DNA from: Actinomycetales bacterium
Lineage (GTDB): Bacteria > Actinomycetota > Actinomycetes > Actinomycetales > Demequinaceae
Length of the DNA stretch: 64,000 bases
Direction: 5' to 3'
Assembly: GCA_038248935.1 (NCBI GenBank)
Contig: JBBRWX010000002.1
Coordinates: forward strand, 2,986-66,985
Shown here: positions 22,248 through 30,578 of the stretch, piece by piece
Position numbering within the stretch: the first letter of the stretch is position 1
Layout: every line of letters starts with the position of its first letter
Translations under genes and position numbers: made by a program
Notes under the pieces: model-generated
The model's database searches: none
Seen by the model: the letters and a program-made list of their open reading frames with translations, nothing else
Told to the model about the DNA's origin: nothing

Positions 22248-24244
22248 CAGACTTGCGCCCTGCTCGCGATTGCCTCGACGACGCGCTTGACGGCATCGGC
22301 AACAGGCACCTGGTTGTCTTGGCTTCCGTCGCGGAACCGGAAAGAGACCGCGCCCGCTTCGGCGTCCTCGCCACCCGCGATGAGCACGAAAGGCACCTTG
22401 TCCTTCGACGCGTTGCGGATCTTTTTGGGAAAGCGCTCGTCCGACGTGTCAACCTCGACGCGCACTCCCGCCGCCTTGAGCTGGGCCGCGATGTCCTGCA
22501 AGTAGCCGTTGAACGCCTCGGCGACGGGAACACACAGCACCTGCACGGGAGCGAGCCACACGGGAAACTGGCCCGCGTAGTGCTCGGTCAGGATCGCGAA
22601 GAAGCGCTCGATCGAACCGAACAGTGCGCGATGGATCATGACGGGGCGCTCGCGGGTGTTGTCCGCCGACGTGTATTCGAGTTCGAAGCGCTGTGGAAGG
22701 TTGAAGTCCAACTGAATGGTGGACATCTGCCACGAGCGGCCGATTGCGTCTCGAGTCTGCACGGAGATCTTGGGGCCGTAGAACGCGGCGCCGCCCGGGT
22801 CGTCCCGCAGCTCGAGACCTGACTCGATCCCCACCTGACGCAGAGTCTCGGTGGCCTCCTCCCAGGCATCGTCCTCGCCCACGAATTTCTCGGGGTTCTT
22901 GGTCGACAGCTCCAGGAAGAAGTCGGTCAGGCCGTAGTCCTTCAGCAATCCGAGCACAAATTTCAGCGTCGTGGTCAGTTCCGACTTCATCTGCTCGCGC
23001 GTGCAGTAGATGTGGGCGTCGTCCTGGGTGAAGCCGCGGGCTCTCGTGAGGCCGTGAACAACGCCCGACTTTTCGTAGCGGTACACGGTGCCGAACTCGA
23101 AAAGGCGTAGCGGAAGCTCGCGGTACGAGCGGCCTCGCGACCGGAAGATGAGGTTGTGCATGGGGCAATTCATGGGCTTCAGGTAGTAGTCCTGGCCCTG
23201 CTTCGTGATGTTGCCTTCTGCGTCGCGCTCCTCGTCGAGGTGCATGGGCGGGTACATGCCGTCCGCGTACCAGTCGAGGTGCCCGGACAGCTTGAAGAGG
23301 CTCGACTTCGTCGCGTGCGGCGTGTAGACGAACTCGTATCCCTCTTCAATGTGCCGCTTGCGCGAGTACTCCTCCATCTCCATGCGGATGATCCCGCCCT
23401 TGGGGTGGAAGACGGCAAGCCCTGAGCCAATCTCTTCGGGGAACGAGAACAGGTCCATGTCGAGGCCCAGCTTGCGGTGGTCCCTTCGCTCGGCCTCCGC
23501 GAGACGGTCCTTGTACGCCGTGAGCTCGTCCTTGGTGGGCCAGGCGGTGCCGTAGATGCGTTGCAGTTGAGGGTTCTTCTCGCTGCCGAGCCAGTACGCG
23601 GCGGCGGAACGCATGAGGCTCCAGCCGTTCTGGAGCACCTTGGTCGAGGGTGCGTGAGGGCCGCGGCACAGGTCCTTCCAGACCACGTCGCCCTGGCGGT
23701 TGAGGTTGTCGTAGATCGTGGTCTCGCCCGCGCCCACCTCGACGGACACGCCCTCGGCGCCGTCGACGCCCACTGCTCGGTTCAGCAACTGGCACTTGTA
23801 CGGCTCGTTGGCAAGCTCGGCGAGCGCCTCGTCCTGAGTCACCACGCGGCGGCGGAACGTCTGCCCATCCTTGACGATGCGCTGCATCGTCTTCTCGATG
23901 GTCTTGAGGTCCTCAGGGGTGAAGGGCTGCGCGACGTCAAAGTCGTAATAGAAGCCATCGGTGATGAAGGGGCCAACGCCCAACGTGGCCTCAGGCCACA
24001 ACTGCTGAACGGCCTGGGCCATGACGTGGGTGGCCGAGTGGCGCAACACGTTGAGCCCGTCGGGTTCGGAGATGAGCACTGCCGCGACGGTCGATCCGGC
24101 CGGGATAGGTGCAGCAAGGTCCCGGAGCTGTCCGTCGACCCTGACGACGATCACGTCGCGCCTGTCTCCAAACAGGTCGGCGCCCGTCGTGCCCGCGTCG
24201 AGCTCTCGCTCGTCGCCATCCACGGTCACGCTGATGCTCGCCAC
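22247..24244 (-). CDS. thrS: threonine--tRNA ligase
   Basis: TGS N-domain, editing-domain [11 protein letters not shown], class II catalytic core, and C-terminal anticodon domain. 665 aa. Confidence 0.95.
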   Translation of the reverse strand: MASISVTVDGDERELDAGTTGADLFGDRRDVIVVRVDGQLRDLAAPIPAGSTVAAVLISEPDGLNVLRHSATHVMAQAVQQLWPEATLGVGPFITDGFYYDFDVAQPFTPEDLKTIEKTMQRIVKDGQTFRRRVVTQDEALAELANEPYKCQLLNRAVGVDGAEGVSVEVGAGETTIYDNLNRQGDVVWKDLCRGPHAPSTKVLQNGWSLMRSAAAYWLGSEKNPQLQRIYGTAWPTKDELTAYKDRLAEAERRDHRKLGLDMDLFSFPEEIGSGLAVFHPKGGIIRMEMEEYSRKRHIEEGYEFVYTPHATKSSLFKLSGHLDWYADGMYPPMHLDEERDAEGNITKQGQDYYLKPMNCPMHNLIFRSRGRSYRELPLRLFEFGTVYRYEKSGVVHGLTRARGFTQDDAHIYCTREQMKSELTTTLKFVLGLLKDYGLTDFFLELSTKNPEKFVGEDDAWEEATETLRQVGIESGLELRDDPGGAAFYGPKISVQTRDAIGRSWQMSTIQLDFNLPQRFELEYTSADNTRERPVMIHRALFGSIERFFAILTEHYAGQFPVWLAPVQVLCVPVAEAFNGYLQDIAAQLKAAGVRVEVDTSDERFPKKIRNASKDKVPFVLIAGGEDAEAGAVSFRFRDGSQDNQVPVADAVKRVVEAIASRAQV

Positions 24245-24419
24245 GTCTGCTCCTTGAATTCACTCACGGGATTCGCTCTTGCCCCCCATGATGCTACCGA
24301 CAGTCGGGGCGCGTCGTTGATACCCAGGGGCGACGCGAGCGCTATCGCGACGTGTCGAAGCAGTCACCCGCGCCGGGCGTTGCGGTCTGCGCCGTCGTCG
24401 CGTTGGGCGCCTGTGGCAC

Positions 24420-24455
24420 GGCAACGGGCCCCACCCGAAGGTGAGGCCCGTTGCC
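24420..24455 (-). terminator. strong stem-loop downstream of the small membrane protein gene
   Basis: ggcaacgggcc / ggcccgttgcc forms a perfect 11-bp stem. The inner cacc/ggtg extension closes on a cgaa tetraloop. No U-tail, which is common in actinobacteria. It separates that gene from thrS. Confidence 0.5.
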
Positions 24456-24497
24456 GCAATCTCCGCGTTGGTGCGCCGGCGCCCGCGGGACGTACGG

Positions 24498-24836
24498 CTA
24501 GCGCCGGTGGTGCCACGTGGTCGCGAGCAACCCAAGGATCACTCCGACGACGAGGATGACGAGCCGCAGGGTGAAGGACGCGCCATCCATGACGAGGCCG
24601 AGCAACTCGATGAGGGCGATTGTCGCCGCCGCGATCACGGCGTACACAGCCCAGTTGAGCTTCCCTACCAGCAGGAAGACGACGAGCCCGACGCCAGCGG
24701 CAAAGAGGACGAGGCTGTAGGCATGGCTAAGGCCATCGGTCGAAAGGGCGAACCCCGTACCTGTCATGAGTGCCGCGAGGGCGATCAGGACGCCGCCAAT
24801 AATGCCGAGCAGTCGATTATTGCTGGTCTTTGCCAT
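24498..24836 (-). CDS. small hypothetical membrane protein (about 4 TM)
   Basis: 112 aa, almost entirely hydrophobic helices, high GC3, AAGGAG RBS about 7 nt upstream of the ATG. Confidence 0.6.
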   Translation of the reverse strand: MAKTSNNRLLGIIGGVLIALAALMTGTGFALSTDGLSHAYSLVLFAAGVGLVVFLLVGKLNWAVYAVIAAATIALIELLGLVMDGASFTLRLVILVVGVILGLLATTWHHRR

Positions 24837-25127
24837 GTCTTGTGAACTCCTTGGGATGATGGTGCGTGAACCGCACCCCTGGGCGAGACCTTGGGTGGGA
24901 TAGAGACGCTCCCGCTAAGCGGCGCCAGGCCATGAGGCGGCGCTTGTGCATCCACCCGACCTTGGTTGCCAGGGTCGGACGTGGGGTGTTCGGAAAAGGC
25001 GCGCTGCCTGATAGTCGCTGGCCACAAAGACGTGAGCCAATTGGCAAACTAGCACGGTATGCGCAGACGTCGGTGACGAACGGTCCGCGCCATCGCGTGC
25101 ATCACCGTGCATGGTCGCGGCAAGGCG

Positions 25128-25769
25128 CTAAAGCGCGTCGCCCCGTTGCTCGTCCTGCACGGGCTCGCCTTCCGGCAGGACGTCCTCGGCATACTCGTCC
25201 TGCACGGGCTCGCCTGCCGGCTGGACGTCCTCGAAATTCTGGGGCTGGTCGGGCTGCTCGGGCTCGGCCTCCGGCTGGAAGTCCTCGGCACCTTCGGGCT
25301 GCTCGGGCTCGGCCTCCGGCTGGACGTCCTCGAAATTCTGGGGCTGGTCGGGCTGCTCGGGCTCGCCCTCCGGCTGGAAGTCCTCGGCATGCTCGTCCTG
25401 CACGAGCTCGCCCTCCGGCTGGACGTCCTCGACACCTTCGGGCTGCGCCGCCACGGCAACGTCGTCCGTGGCACCGCGTGCACGGGACTTCGCGTCCGCA
25501 CGTAACTTCTTGGCCTCGCGGGCGGCCCGCTCCTTGAGCTTGGACTCCGCCTTCTTCACGGCGGGCTCTGCCTTCTTCACGGCGGCCTTGGCCTTCTTGG
25601 CATCACGCTTCGCCTTGGCTGCAAGGCGTCGCGCCTTCTTGGCGTCGTTGCCGAGAGTCGCGGCCAGATCACGTGCCTCCGCAGCCGCCTGCTTCGCGTC
25701 CGAAAGCGCGCCCGATGTGCGCTCCACCTTCAAAGCCAATCCATCCATCGTGTTCTTCGCAGTGGACAT
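25128..25769 (-). CDS. hypothetical charge-bipolar repeat protein (Lys/Ala-rich N-half, acidic Pro/Glu/Gln repeat C-half)
   Basis: 213 aa. The N-half is AKKARRLAAKAKRDAKKAKAAVKKAEPAVKKAESKLKE (HupB-tail-like). The C-half consists of repeats such as PEGEPEQPDQPQNFEDVQPEAEPEQ. High GC3 in this frame, and a purine-rich RBS upstream. The opposite-strand ORF is an Arg/Pro-rich artefact. Confidence 0.6.
   Translation of the reverse strand: MSTAKNTMDGLALKVERTSGALSDAKQAAAEARDLAATLGNDAKKARRLAAKAKRDAKKAKAAVKKAEPAVKKAESKLKERAAREAKKLRADAKSRARGATDDVAVAAQPEGVEDVQPEGELVQDEHAEDFQPEGEPEQPDQPQNFEDVQPEAEPEQPEGAEDFQPEAEPEQPDQPQNFEDVQPAGEPVQDEYAEDVLPEGEPVQDEQRGDAL
25141..25445. repeat. imperfect tandem repeats including a 99-bp unit duplicated at 25217 and 25316
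   Basis: The string ccggctggacgtcctcgaaattctggggctggtcgggctgctcgggctcg.cctccggctggaagtcctcggca occurs at 25217 and again at 25316. The offset is 99 nt (33 codons) with 1 mismatch over the first 73 nt. Related shorter units flank it. Confidence 0.9.
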
Positions 25770-25970
25770 GACTCTCTCGCGCTCCCTCGATGACTGACAC
25801 CTTTACAAACGACTCTACTCGCGGGGATCTCAGCGCGTTTGCCTGCGCATCGCGCCAAGCCGGCCGCATCACGGGCGCCGCCCGCGGCATCGTCGCCGCA
25901 CTCGGCAACACTGACGAAAACGCGCCGCCCCCTCGTACAAGGAGACGGCGCAGAGTCCGCTCGAAGCTTG

Positions 25971-26129
25971 TCAGTCGTTGTTGTGGTCCTTGGCCCACTG
26001 CTCGGCCTTGGCGACCTTGATGGCCGCGTCATGACCGGTGTGCTCCTGAACTTTGTCAGCGACCTTATCGATCTGCTCGTCGTCCGGCACGGCGTCCTTT
26101 GCCTTGTTCTGCATGTCCTTCATGTCCAT
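25971..26129 (-). CDS. small MT0933-like/CsbD-like protein
   Basis: 52 aa from the ATG at 26129 (MDMKDMQNKAKDAVPDDEQIDKVADKVQEHTGHD...), with a GAAAGGAA RBS upstream. Pattern resembles MT0933-like antitoxin family small proteins. The track ORF is over-extended. Confidence 0.5.
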   Translation of the reverse strand: MDMKDMQNKAKDAVPDDEQIDKVADKVQEHTGHDAAIKVAKAEQWAKDHNND

Positions 26130-26240
26130 GGGAATGTTCCTTTCTGGAGAGGAATTGCATCCAGTAGAACGTGTGGCCGCGGCGGCCCGTTCCGGCATTG
26201 CCCGCGTCATGTGACAAACCACGCGCCGCAGGCGCCGGGT

Positions 26241-26921
26241 TCAGCGAACCACCTTGATGGAAAACGTCGGGGTGCCCAGGGCCCCCCAAAGGCGCAACCA
26301 CAGGGGAAGGTACATCTCGGTGCCACGTGCGGTGGTGATGTCGCCCAGGTCGATCACGTCGCGGTGACCCAGGGTGGAGAGCAATTCGATGACGACCCGC
26401 TTTGCCGCGTCGTCGTTGCCGGACACGAACGAGGTGTGATGCCCATCACCCAGTTGGCGTGGGTCGACCATCAGGTGAGCGCTCATGGTGTTCAGTGCCT
26501 TGACGACCTTGGTCGCGGGGAACGCTCGCTGAATCTGTTCTCCGAGCGAGTCGGTGTTCAACACGAAAAGCGATGGCGGCATCCCCTCCGAGGATTCAAG
26601 TGGGTTTGCGATGTCAAGGAGCACCGTGTCCGCAAGGTTGTCGGCCCCTGCCGCTTTCAACGCCGACAGCGACCCGGAACCGCTCGTGGCGTTGACCACG
26701 AGGTCCGCATCCGCCGCGGCCTCGGAGTACGCCTCGACCTTGATCGCCGGGTGGTTGTGGTGCCACGCCGTGAAGGGCGGGTTGCTGGACGATTCCGGCT
26801 CGGTCCGCGCCAACGTGGCCTCCACATCGCGGGTACCCACCACGACGTCGTGGCCCAACTCTCCAAGCGCGTGCGCGACGGTCCGTCCCACGGATCCGGT
26901 TCCAAACACAGCAATCCTCAT
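26241..26921 (-). CDS. NAD(P)-binding oxidoreductase (NADPH-dependent F420 reductase-like)
   Basis: Rossmann N-terminus MRIAVFGTGSVGRTVAHALGELGHDVVVGTRD. Size and layout match the F420_oxidored family. Divergent from a TetR gene. Confidence 0.85.
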   Translation of the reverse strand: MRIAVFGTGSVGRTVAHALGELGHDVVVGTRDVEATLARTEPESSSNPPFTAWHHNHPAIKVEAYSEAAADADLVVNATSGSGSLSALKAAGADNLADTVLLDIANPLESSEGMPPSLFVLNTDSLGEQIQRAFPATKVVKALNTMSAHLMVDPRQLGDGHHTSFVSGNDDAAKRVVIELLSTLGHRDVIDLGDITTARGTEMYLPLWLRLWGALGTPTFSIKVVR

Positions 26922-26953
26922 CGCGGCTCCTCAATCTGGTAAGTTCACCAAGC

Positions 26954-27001
26954 AGACAGGTTTGTCTATCTCGGTGGTGAGAAGTTAACAGACCGGTCTG
27001 T
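26954..27001. promoter_or_regulatory. two related palindromic operator candidates in the TetR/oxidoreductase divergent intergenic region
   Basis: AGACAGGTTTGTCT (26954..26967) and ACAGACCGGTCTGT (26988..27001). Both share CAGACnGGTnTGTCTAT and lie in a locally AT-richer 82-bp spacer. Confidence 0.5.
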
Positions 27002-27003
27002 CT

Positions 27004-27654
27004 ATGTCAACGACCGATATCCCCGCCCGGCCCAGGCGAAGGAGTGTGGCAAAAGTGCTCGACGATGCAACCGAGTCGGCGCCCACAGCGCGGCCCAGTG
27101 AGGCGCGCAACCGGATACTCGACACTGCGAACCGACTCTTCTACGCGCAAGGGGTGCGAGCGGTCGGAGTGGACACCCTGATCGCGAAGTCCGGCGTAGC
27201 AAAAGCCACCTTCTACAAGCACTTCCCCTCAAAGGACGACCTTGTACTTGCCTACCTCGACGCCGTGGACAAGGCTTGGACCGGTCAGCTGCATGCCGCC
27301 GCGGCTGCCGCGGGCTTAGACCCAGCCGACCAACTCGTCGGACTATTCGACGCCTTGACAAGCGCATGCGAGCGCGATGGCTACCGCGGTTGCGGATTCA
27401 TCAACACCGCCGCCGAGTCCACGCCTGGAAGCCCCGCGCACGTGCGCACGATTGCCCACAAGCACGCCGTGCGCGCCTGGATTACCGACGTGGCGACCCG
27501 CGCGGGCGCACCCGACCCCGCCGCCCTTGCGCGGTCCCTGACACTTCTCCTCGACGGCGGGCTCGCGGCCGGCGCCTTGGACGCCGACCCCCTCACCGCC
27601 CTGGCCGCTCGCGACACCGCGCGCGGAATCGTCGACGCCGCGCTATCGGCTTAG
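27004..27654 (+). CDS. TetR/AcrR family transcriptional regulator
   Basis: N-terminal HTH RNRILDTANRLFYAQGVRAVGVDTLIAKSGVAKATFYKHFPSKDDLV. Confidence 0.9.
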   Translation: MSTTDIPARPRRRSVAKVLDDATESAPTARPSEARNRILDTANRLFYAQGVRAVGVDTLIAKSGVAKATFYKHFPSKDDLVLAYLDAVDKAWTGQLHAAAAAAGLDPADQLVGLFDALTSACERDGYRGCGFINTAAESTPGSPAHVRTIAHKHAVRAWITDVATRAGAPDPAALARSLTLLLDGGLAAGALDADPLTALAARDTARGIVDAALSA

Positions 27655-27673
27655 CGACCCGCGCACACAGCGC

Positions 27674-28285
27674 TCAGCCCCGTTCGACGTACATCTCCCC
27701 CACCGGGACCTCGGCGGCAAGGCGGTTTCCCACTCCCGGCAACGGGCAGGCCCACGCCTCGTCATAGGCGCACGAGGGCTGATAGGCGAAGTTGAGGTCC
27801 ACCACGAGACCCTCCGCGCCACCACCGAGGTCCGCACCCTTCGTCGTGTCCAAAACGTATCGACCTGCCCCGTAGGTGGTCACCCTACTCGTGGCGTCGT
27901 GGAGCGGGACGAAGATGCCCCCTCCGTAGGAGTCAAGCCACCACACGTCGAGCGAACCAAGCCCGTCGAGGCGCACCTTGCCGATGCGCGTAAAAGGAAC
28001 GACACCGTCGGTCCCCGTCTGAACCTCGCGCCGCTCTGGCTCAACCTCCGTGTCGACGGCGACCACGAAACGGAACGCTGGGTTGTACGGGGCGGCGCGG
28101 CCGCCCCCGAACGCGGCGCGCTCGGCGGCTGGAACGGGCGAGGCGGGGTGCGTGGTCAGGAGTTCACGGCGCGCGTCCACCCACGCGCGATGCGCGTGCG
28201 CGGCATCCGGGTCCGCCCGCACATCCCCGTAGATGCTCGCGACGCGTCGGCGCCAATCAAGGACGTCCAGCGAAGCGGTGGCCAT
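27674..28285 (-). CDS. DUF1684 domain-containing protein
   Basis: ATG at 28285 (MATASLDVLDWRRR). C-terminal signature ...GAGRYVLD...NFAYQPSCAYDEAWACPLP is typical of DUF1684. Confidence 0.8.
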   Translation of the reverse strand: MATASLDVLDWRRRVASIYGDVRADPDAAHAHRAWVDARRELLTTHPASPVPAAERAAFGGGRAAPYNPAFRFVVAVDTEVEPERREVQTGTDGVVPFTRIGKVRLDGLGSLDVWWLDSYGGGIFVPLHDATSRVTTYGAGRYVLDTTKGADLGGGAEGLVVDLNFAYQPSCAYDEAWACPLPGVGNRLAAEVPVGEMYVERG

Positions 28286-28382
28286 GTCGCCACCGTAGCT
28301 CGCCCGTGCCTCGGGCGAGGACTTTCGCTTGCCGGGTACTCGCCGCCCAGCGCAAAAGCAGATTCGCGAGTATTTTCGTGCC

Positions 28383-28736
28383 ATGACCCCAGATCCAGTT
28401 GAAACGAACCCAGACCACTACTCCGTCATCTTCGAGAACGAGAGGGTGAGGGTGCTCAAGTATCACGATGTGCCCGGCACCCTGACGCTCCCCCACGATC
28501 ATCCCGATTCGGTCATGATCACGGCAAGCAGCTTTCGCAGGGAACTCATCCAAGGCGAACGCACCGCAGAGGTGGAGTTGCCTGCAGGCAAGGCGATGTG
28601 GATGGCCGCGCAATCCCACGCGGGTCACAACATCGGCGAGACGGACACGGATGTGTTCTTCGTCGAGCTCAAAGAGCCCGCGCATGCGGGATATCCCGCA
28701 AGCGCGACCGCTCTGGGTCCTGTCGACGGGTCCTGA
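28383..28736 (+). CDS. cupin domain-containing protein
   Basis: ATG at 28383 (MTPDPVETNPDHYSVIFENERVRVLKYHDVPG...HDHPDSV...H), a small single-domain cupin pattern. Confidence 0.7.
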   Translation: MTPDPVETNPDHYSVIFENERVRVLKYHDVPGTLTLPHDHPDSVMITASSFRRELIQGERTAEVELPAGKAMWMAAQSHAGHNIGETDTDVFFVELKEPAHAGYPASATALGPVDGS

Positions 28737-28853
28737 CGACGCGTCCTGACGGGCGTCAAGGCGCGCCCCGCGCGTCATCGTCGAACCCGACGCTCCCGTG
28801 TCCACGAGCGAACCGACAAGGACGGCAATCGGCTCACCACGTGAACCCTTCTC

Positions 28854-29513
28854 TCATTCAGGGGTGCCCACGCTGCCACTGCAAGGCGCACCCGGCTCGG
28901 GGGTCTGCTCGCCCTGAACGTACGTGTTGAGAAACTGCTCCACGCGGGGATCCGACGGGTCGTCAAGCTCAAGTTGTACCCCCCAGGCAGTCAGCACCAC
29001 GGGGGCGGCCAACGCGTCGATTGGGCTCAGCAGCGTGTACTCGCGCTCGCGAGTGACGGTCTGGAGCACATCGACCTGCTGCTGATCAAGCCCCGACCGA
29101 TAGGCGATCCACACCGCGCCGTGTTCCAGTGAATGCACCGCCTTCGCCGTCTCGACGGGGTCGCTGTATACCCCGCAGTTTTGCAATTCGGGATCGTGAG
29201 GCCCGCCCGCCGGCGGAAGCACAGTGCCTGCAGACGTCGATGGTGCCGGCTCAGGGAGCGCGGTGACGTGCTCGGCGGTGAGACCCGGCATGTCGCTCAC
29301 GCCGACAATCGGCACGCCTGCCGCCTGTTCGTTGGAGGCGACGCTCTTGCTTTCGGCTGCAAGAACACCCCACACCACAGCAATGAGGGCGAGCACGGTG
29401 ACGACGATCGCCGCGGTGATAAGCACACGGCGGCGCAGCTCACGGGCGTTTTGTTCGGCGCGCATGCGTGCGGCGACGCTCGCGCTCTTTTCGGATGCGG
29501 GGGTCTGGACCAT
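28854..29513 (-). CDS. DUF3105 domain-containing membrane-anchored protein
   Basis: N-terminal TM anchor (VLITAAIVVTVLALIAVVWGVL) and the conserved VHSLEHGAVWIAY ... TAWG pattern of DUF3105. Confidence 0.8.
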   Translation of the reverse strand: MVQTPASEKSASVAARMRAEQNARELRRRVLITAAIVVTVLALIAVVWGVLAAESKSVASNEQAAGVPIVGVSDMPGLTAEHVTALPEPAPSTSAGTVLPPAGGPHDPELQNCGVYSDPVETAKAVHSLEHGAVWIAYRSGLDQQQVDVLQTVTREREYTLLSPIDALAAPVVLTAWGVQLELDDPSDPRVEQFLNTYVQGEQTPEPGAPCSGSVGTPE

Positions 29514-29592
29514 GGTGTTTCCTTTGCGTTCTAGCGCGTCGAGGCGCTTGATTGAGACCGGCGATTCTTGGGGCCAAGCACGGGGCGCCGAG

Positions 29593-30180
29593 TTAGCCGA
29601 CCACGAGCAACGCGTACATACCCGCCGCGTAGTGATTCTCGATGTTGCAGACGATCTCGTAGCGGCCGGCAGGAAGATCCAAGGTCACCCAACCTGTCGC
29701 GCCCGGCTCGATGCCGTCACCTGGGCCCTCGCCGCCGGTCTTTGACGCCTCGCCGAGGCTGTCCGATTCGCTGACACCTCCGTCGGCTCCCACGGAGCGG
29801 CCACCGACCTGTTGACCGTCCGCCAGTGGCAGCACCACAAGTTCGTGCTTGATCGTGCCTGCGTTGTACAGCCGGAGAGTCAGGGAGCCCGCTGGGGCGT
29901 CGACGCGGTCGGAGACGAGGCGCATCGTGCCGTCCATCATCCCCCCGGAAGACCCCATCATTCGACGGCCACCCATGTCCATCGCCACCACGTCGACGAC
30001 GGTCCCCGTGATGCCCGCAGACGGGCCACGTGGGGCAGTCGCGTATTGGTGGTATCCGCGCCAGCCGTATGAGCCTTGCTCGCGCGTCGACAGGTGAACT
30101 GTCACGGCGACCGAGGCCAGCAGCACGGCAACGGCCGCAAACAGCCCCGCGAAAGCCCATCTGCGCGTCAGGCCGGTCAT
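29593..30180 (-). CDS. membrane-anchored cupredoxin-like (sulfocyanin/plastocyanin-type) copper-binding protein with Met-rich segment
   Basis: ATG at 30180 (MTGLTRRWAFAGLFAAVAVLL). Met-rich stretch VAMDMGGRRMMGSSGGMMDGTM. Type-1 Cu ligand-like pattern KHELVV ... YEIVCNIENHYAAGM (H...C-x4-H-x4-M). ATGA overlap with the upstream SHOCT gene. Confidence 0.7.
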   Translation of the reverse strand: MTGLTRRWAFAGLFAAVAVLLASVAVTVHLSTREQGSYGWRGYHQYATAPRGPSAGITGTVVDVVAMDMGGRRMMGSSGGMMDGTMRLVSDRVDAPAGSLTLRLYNAGTIKHELVVLPLADGQQVGGRSVGADGGVSESDSLGEASKTGGEGPGDGIEPGATGWVTLDLPAGRYEIVCNIENHYAAGMYALLVVG

Positions 30181-30464
30181 CGATCGCCTTCGCGATTTTC
30201 GATGAGGGCGGCGCGGATGGTGCGATATTTGTCGAGGTCGATCTCGCCATTGGCCAGGCGCTCGTCGAGGATCGCCAGTGCGGGCGCCGCTACAGATGGC
30301 GCAGCGAGCGCCGTCGGTGATGCGCTCGCGGGCTTCGCTTCGCGTGGCTTTCCAGGGAATAGCCGAACCACGAGCCAGACGATCAATCCGAGCAAAGCCA
30401 ACCAGAACAGGCCCATGCCCATCCACGCGAAGCCTGTCATGCCTCCGCCGTATGAACCCATCAT
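30177..30464 (-). CDS. SHOCT domain-containing membrane protein
   Basis: ATG at 30464 with a GAGAAAGGG RBS. One TM helix (GLFWLALLGLIVWLVV). The C-terminal ILDERLANGEIDLDKYRTIRAAL matches the SHOCT motif. Confidence 0.75.
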   Translation of the reverse strand: MMGSYGGGMTGFAWMGMGLFWLALLGLIVWLVVRLFPGKPREAKPASASPTALAAPSVAAPALAILDERLANGEIDLDKYRTIRAALIENREGDR

Positions 30465-30517
30465 GATGGTGCCCTTTCTCTCGTCGTTAAGTTCAAGCAT
30501 CGACGCAAGACATGGGG

Positions 30518-30545
30518 ATTTTCGTAGGTGTTTCACGAAGTTTTG
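30518..30545. promoter_or_regulatory. three direct repeats phased at 11 bp upstream of the SHOCT-cupredoxin genes (candidate OmpR-type regulator site)
   Basis: On the minus strand, CAAAAC / GAAACA / GAAAAT have starts spaced exactly 11 nt apart. They lie in the most AT-rich pocket of the locus, 54-81 nt upstream of the SHOCT ATG. Confidence 0.35.
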
Positions 30546-30578
30546 ATGAAGAACGCGGCATGTGCCCCGTCCCGGAGG

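Noticed and set aside
24245-24497. Looked for a T-box or other leader riboswitch upstream of thrS, and likewise upstream of hisS/aspS.
   Set aside because: I could find no specifier-loop/T-box consensus or antiterminator arrangement by eye. The only strong structure is the hairpin at 24420..24455, which is better explained as the terminator of the upstream gene. A covariance-model scan would be needed to exclude this fully.
24866-25537. A 223-aa plus-strand ORF with ARPARARLPAGRP repeats.
   Set aside because: This is the complement-frame reading of the acidic repeat array. It is Arg/Pro-rich as expected for a wrong frame, whereas the minus-strand frame has high GC3 and an RBS.
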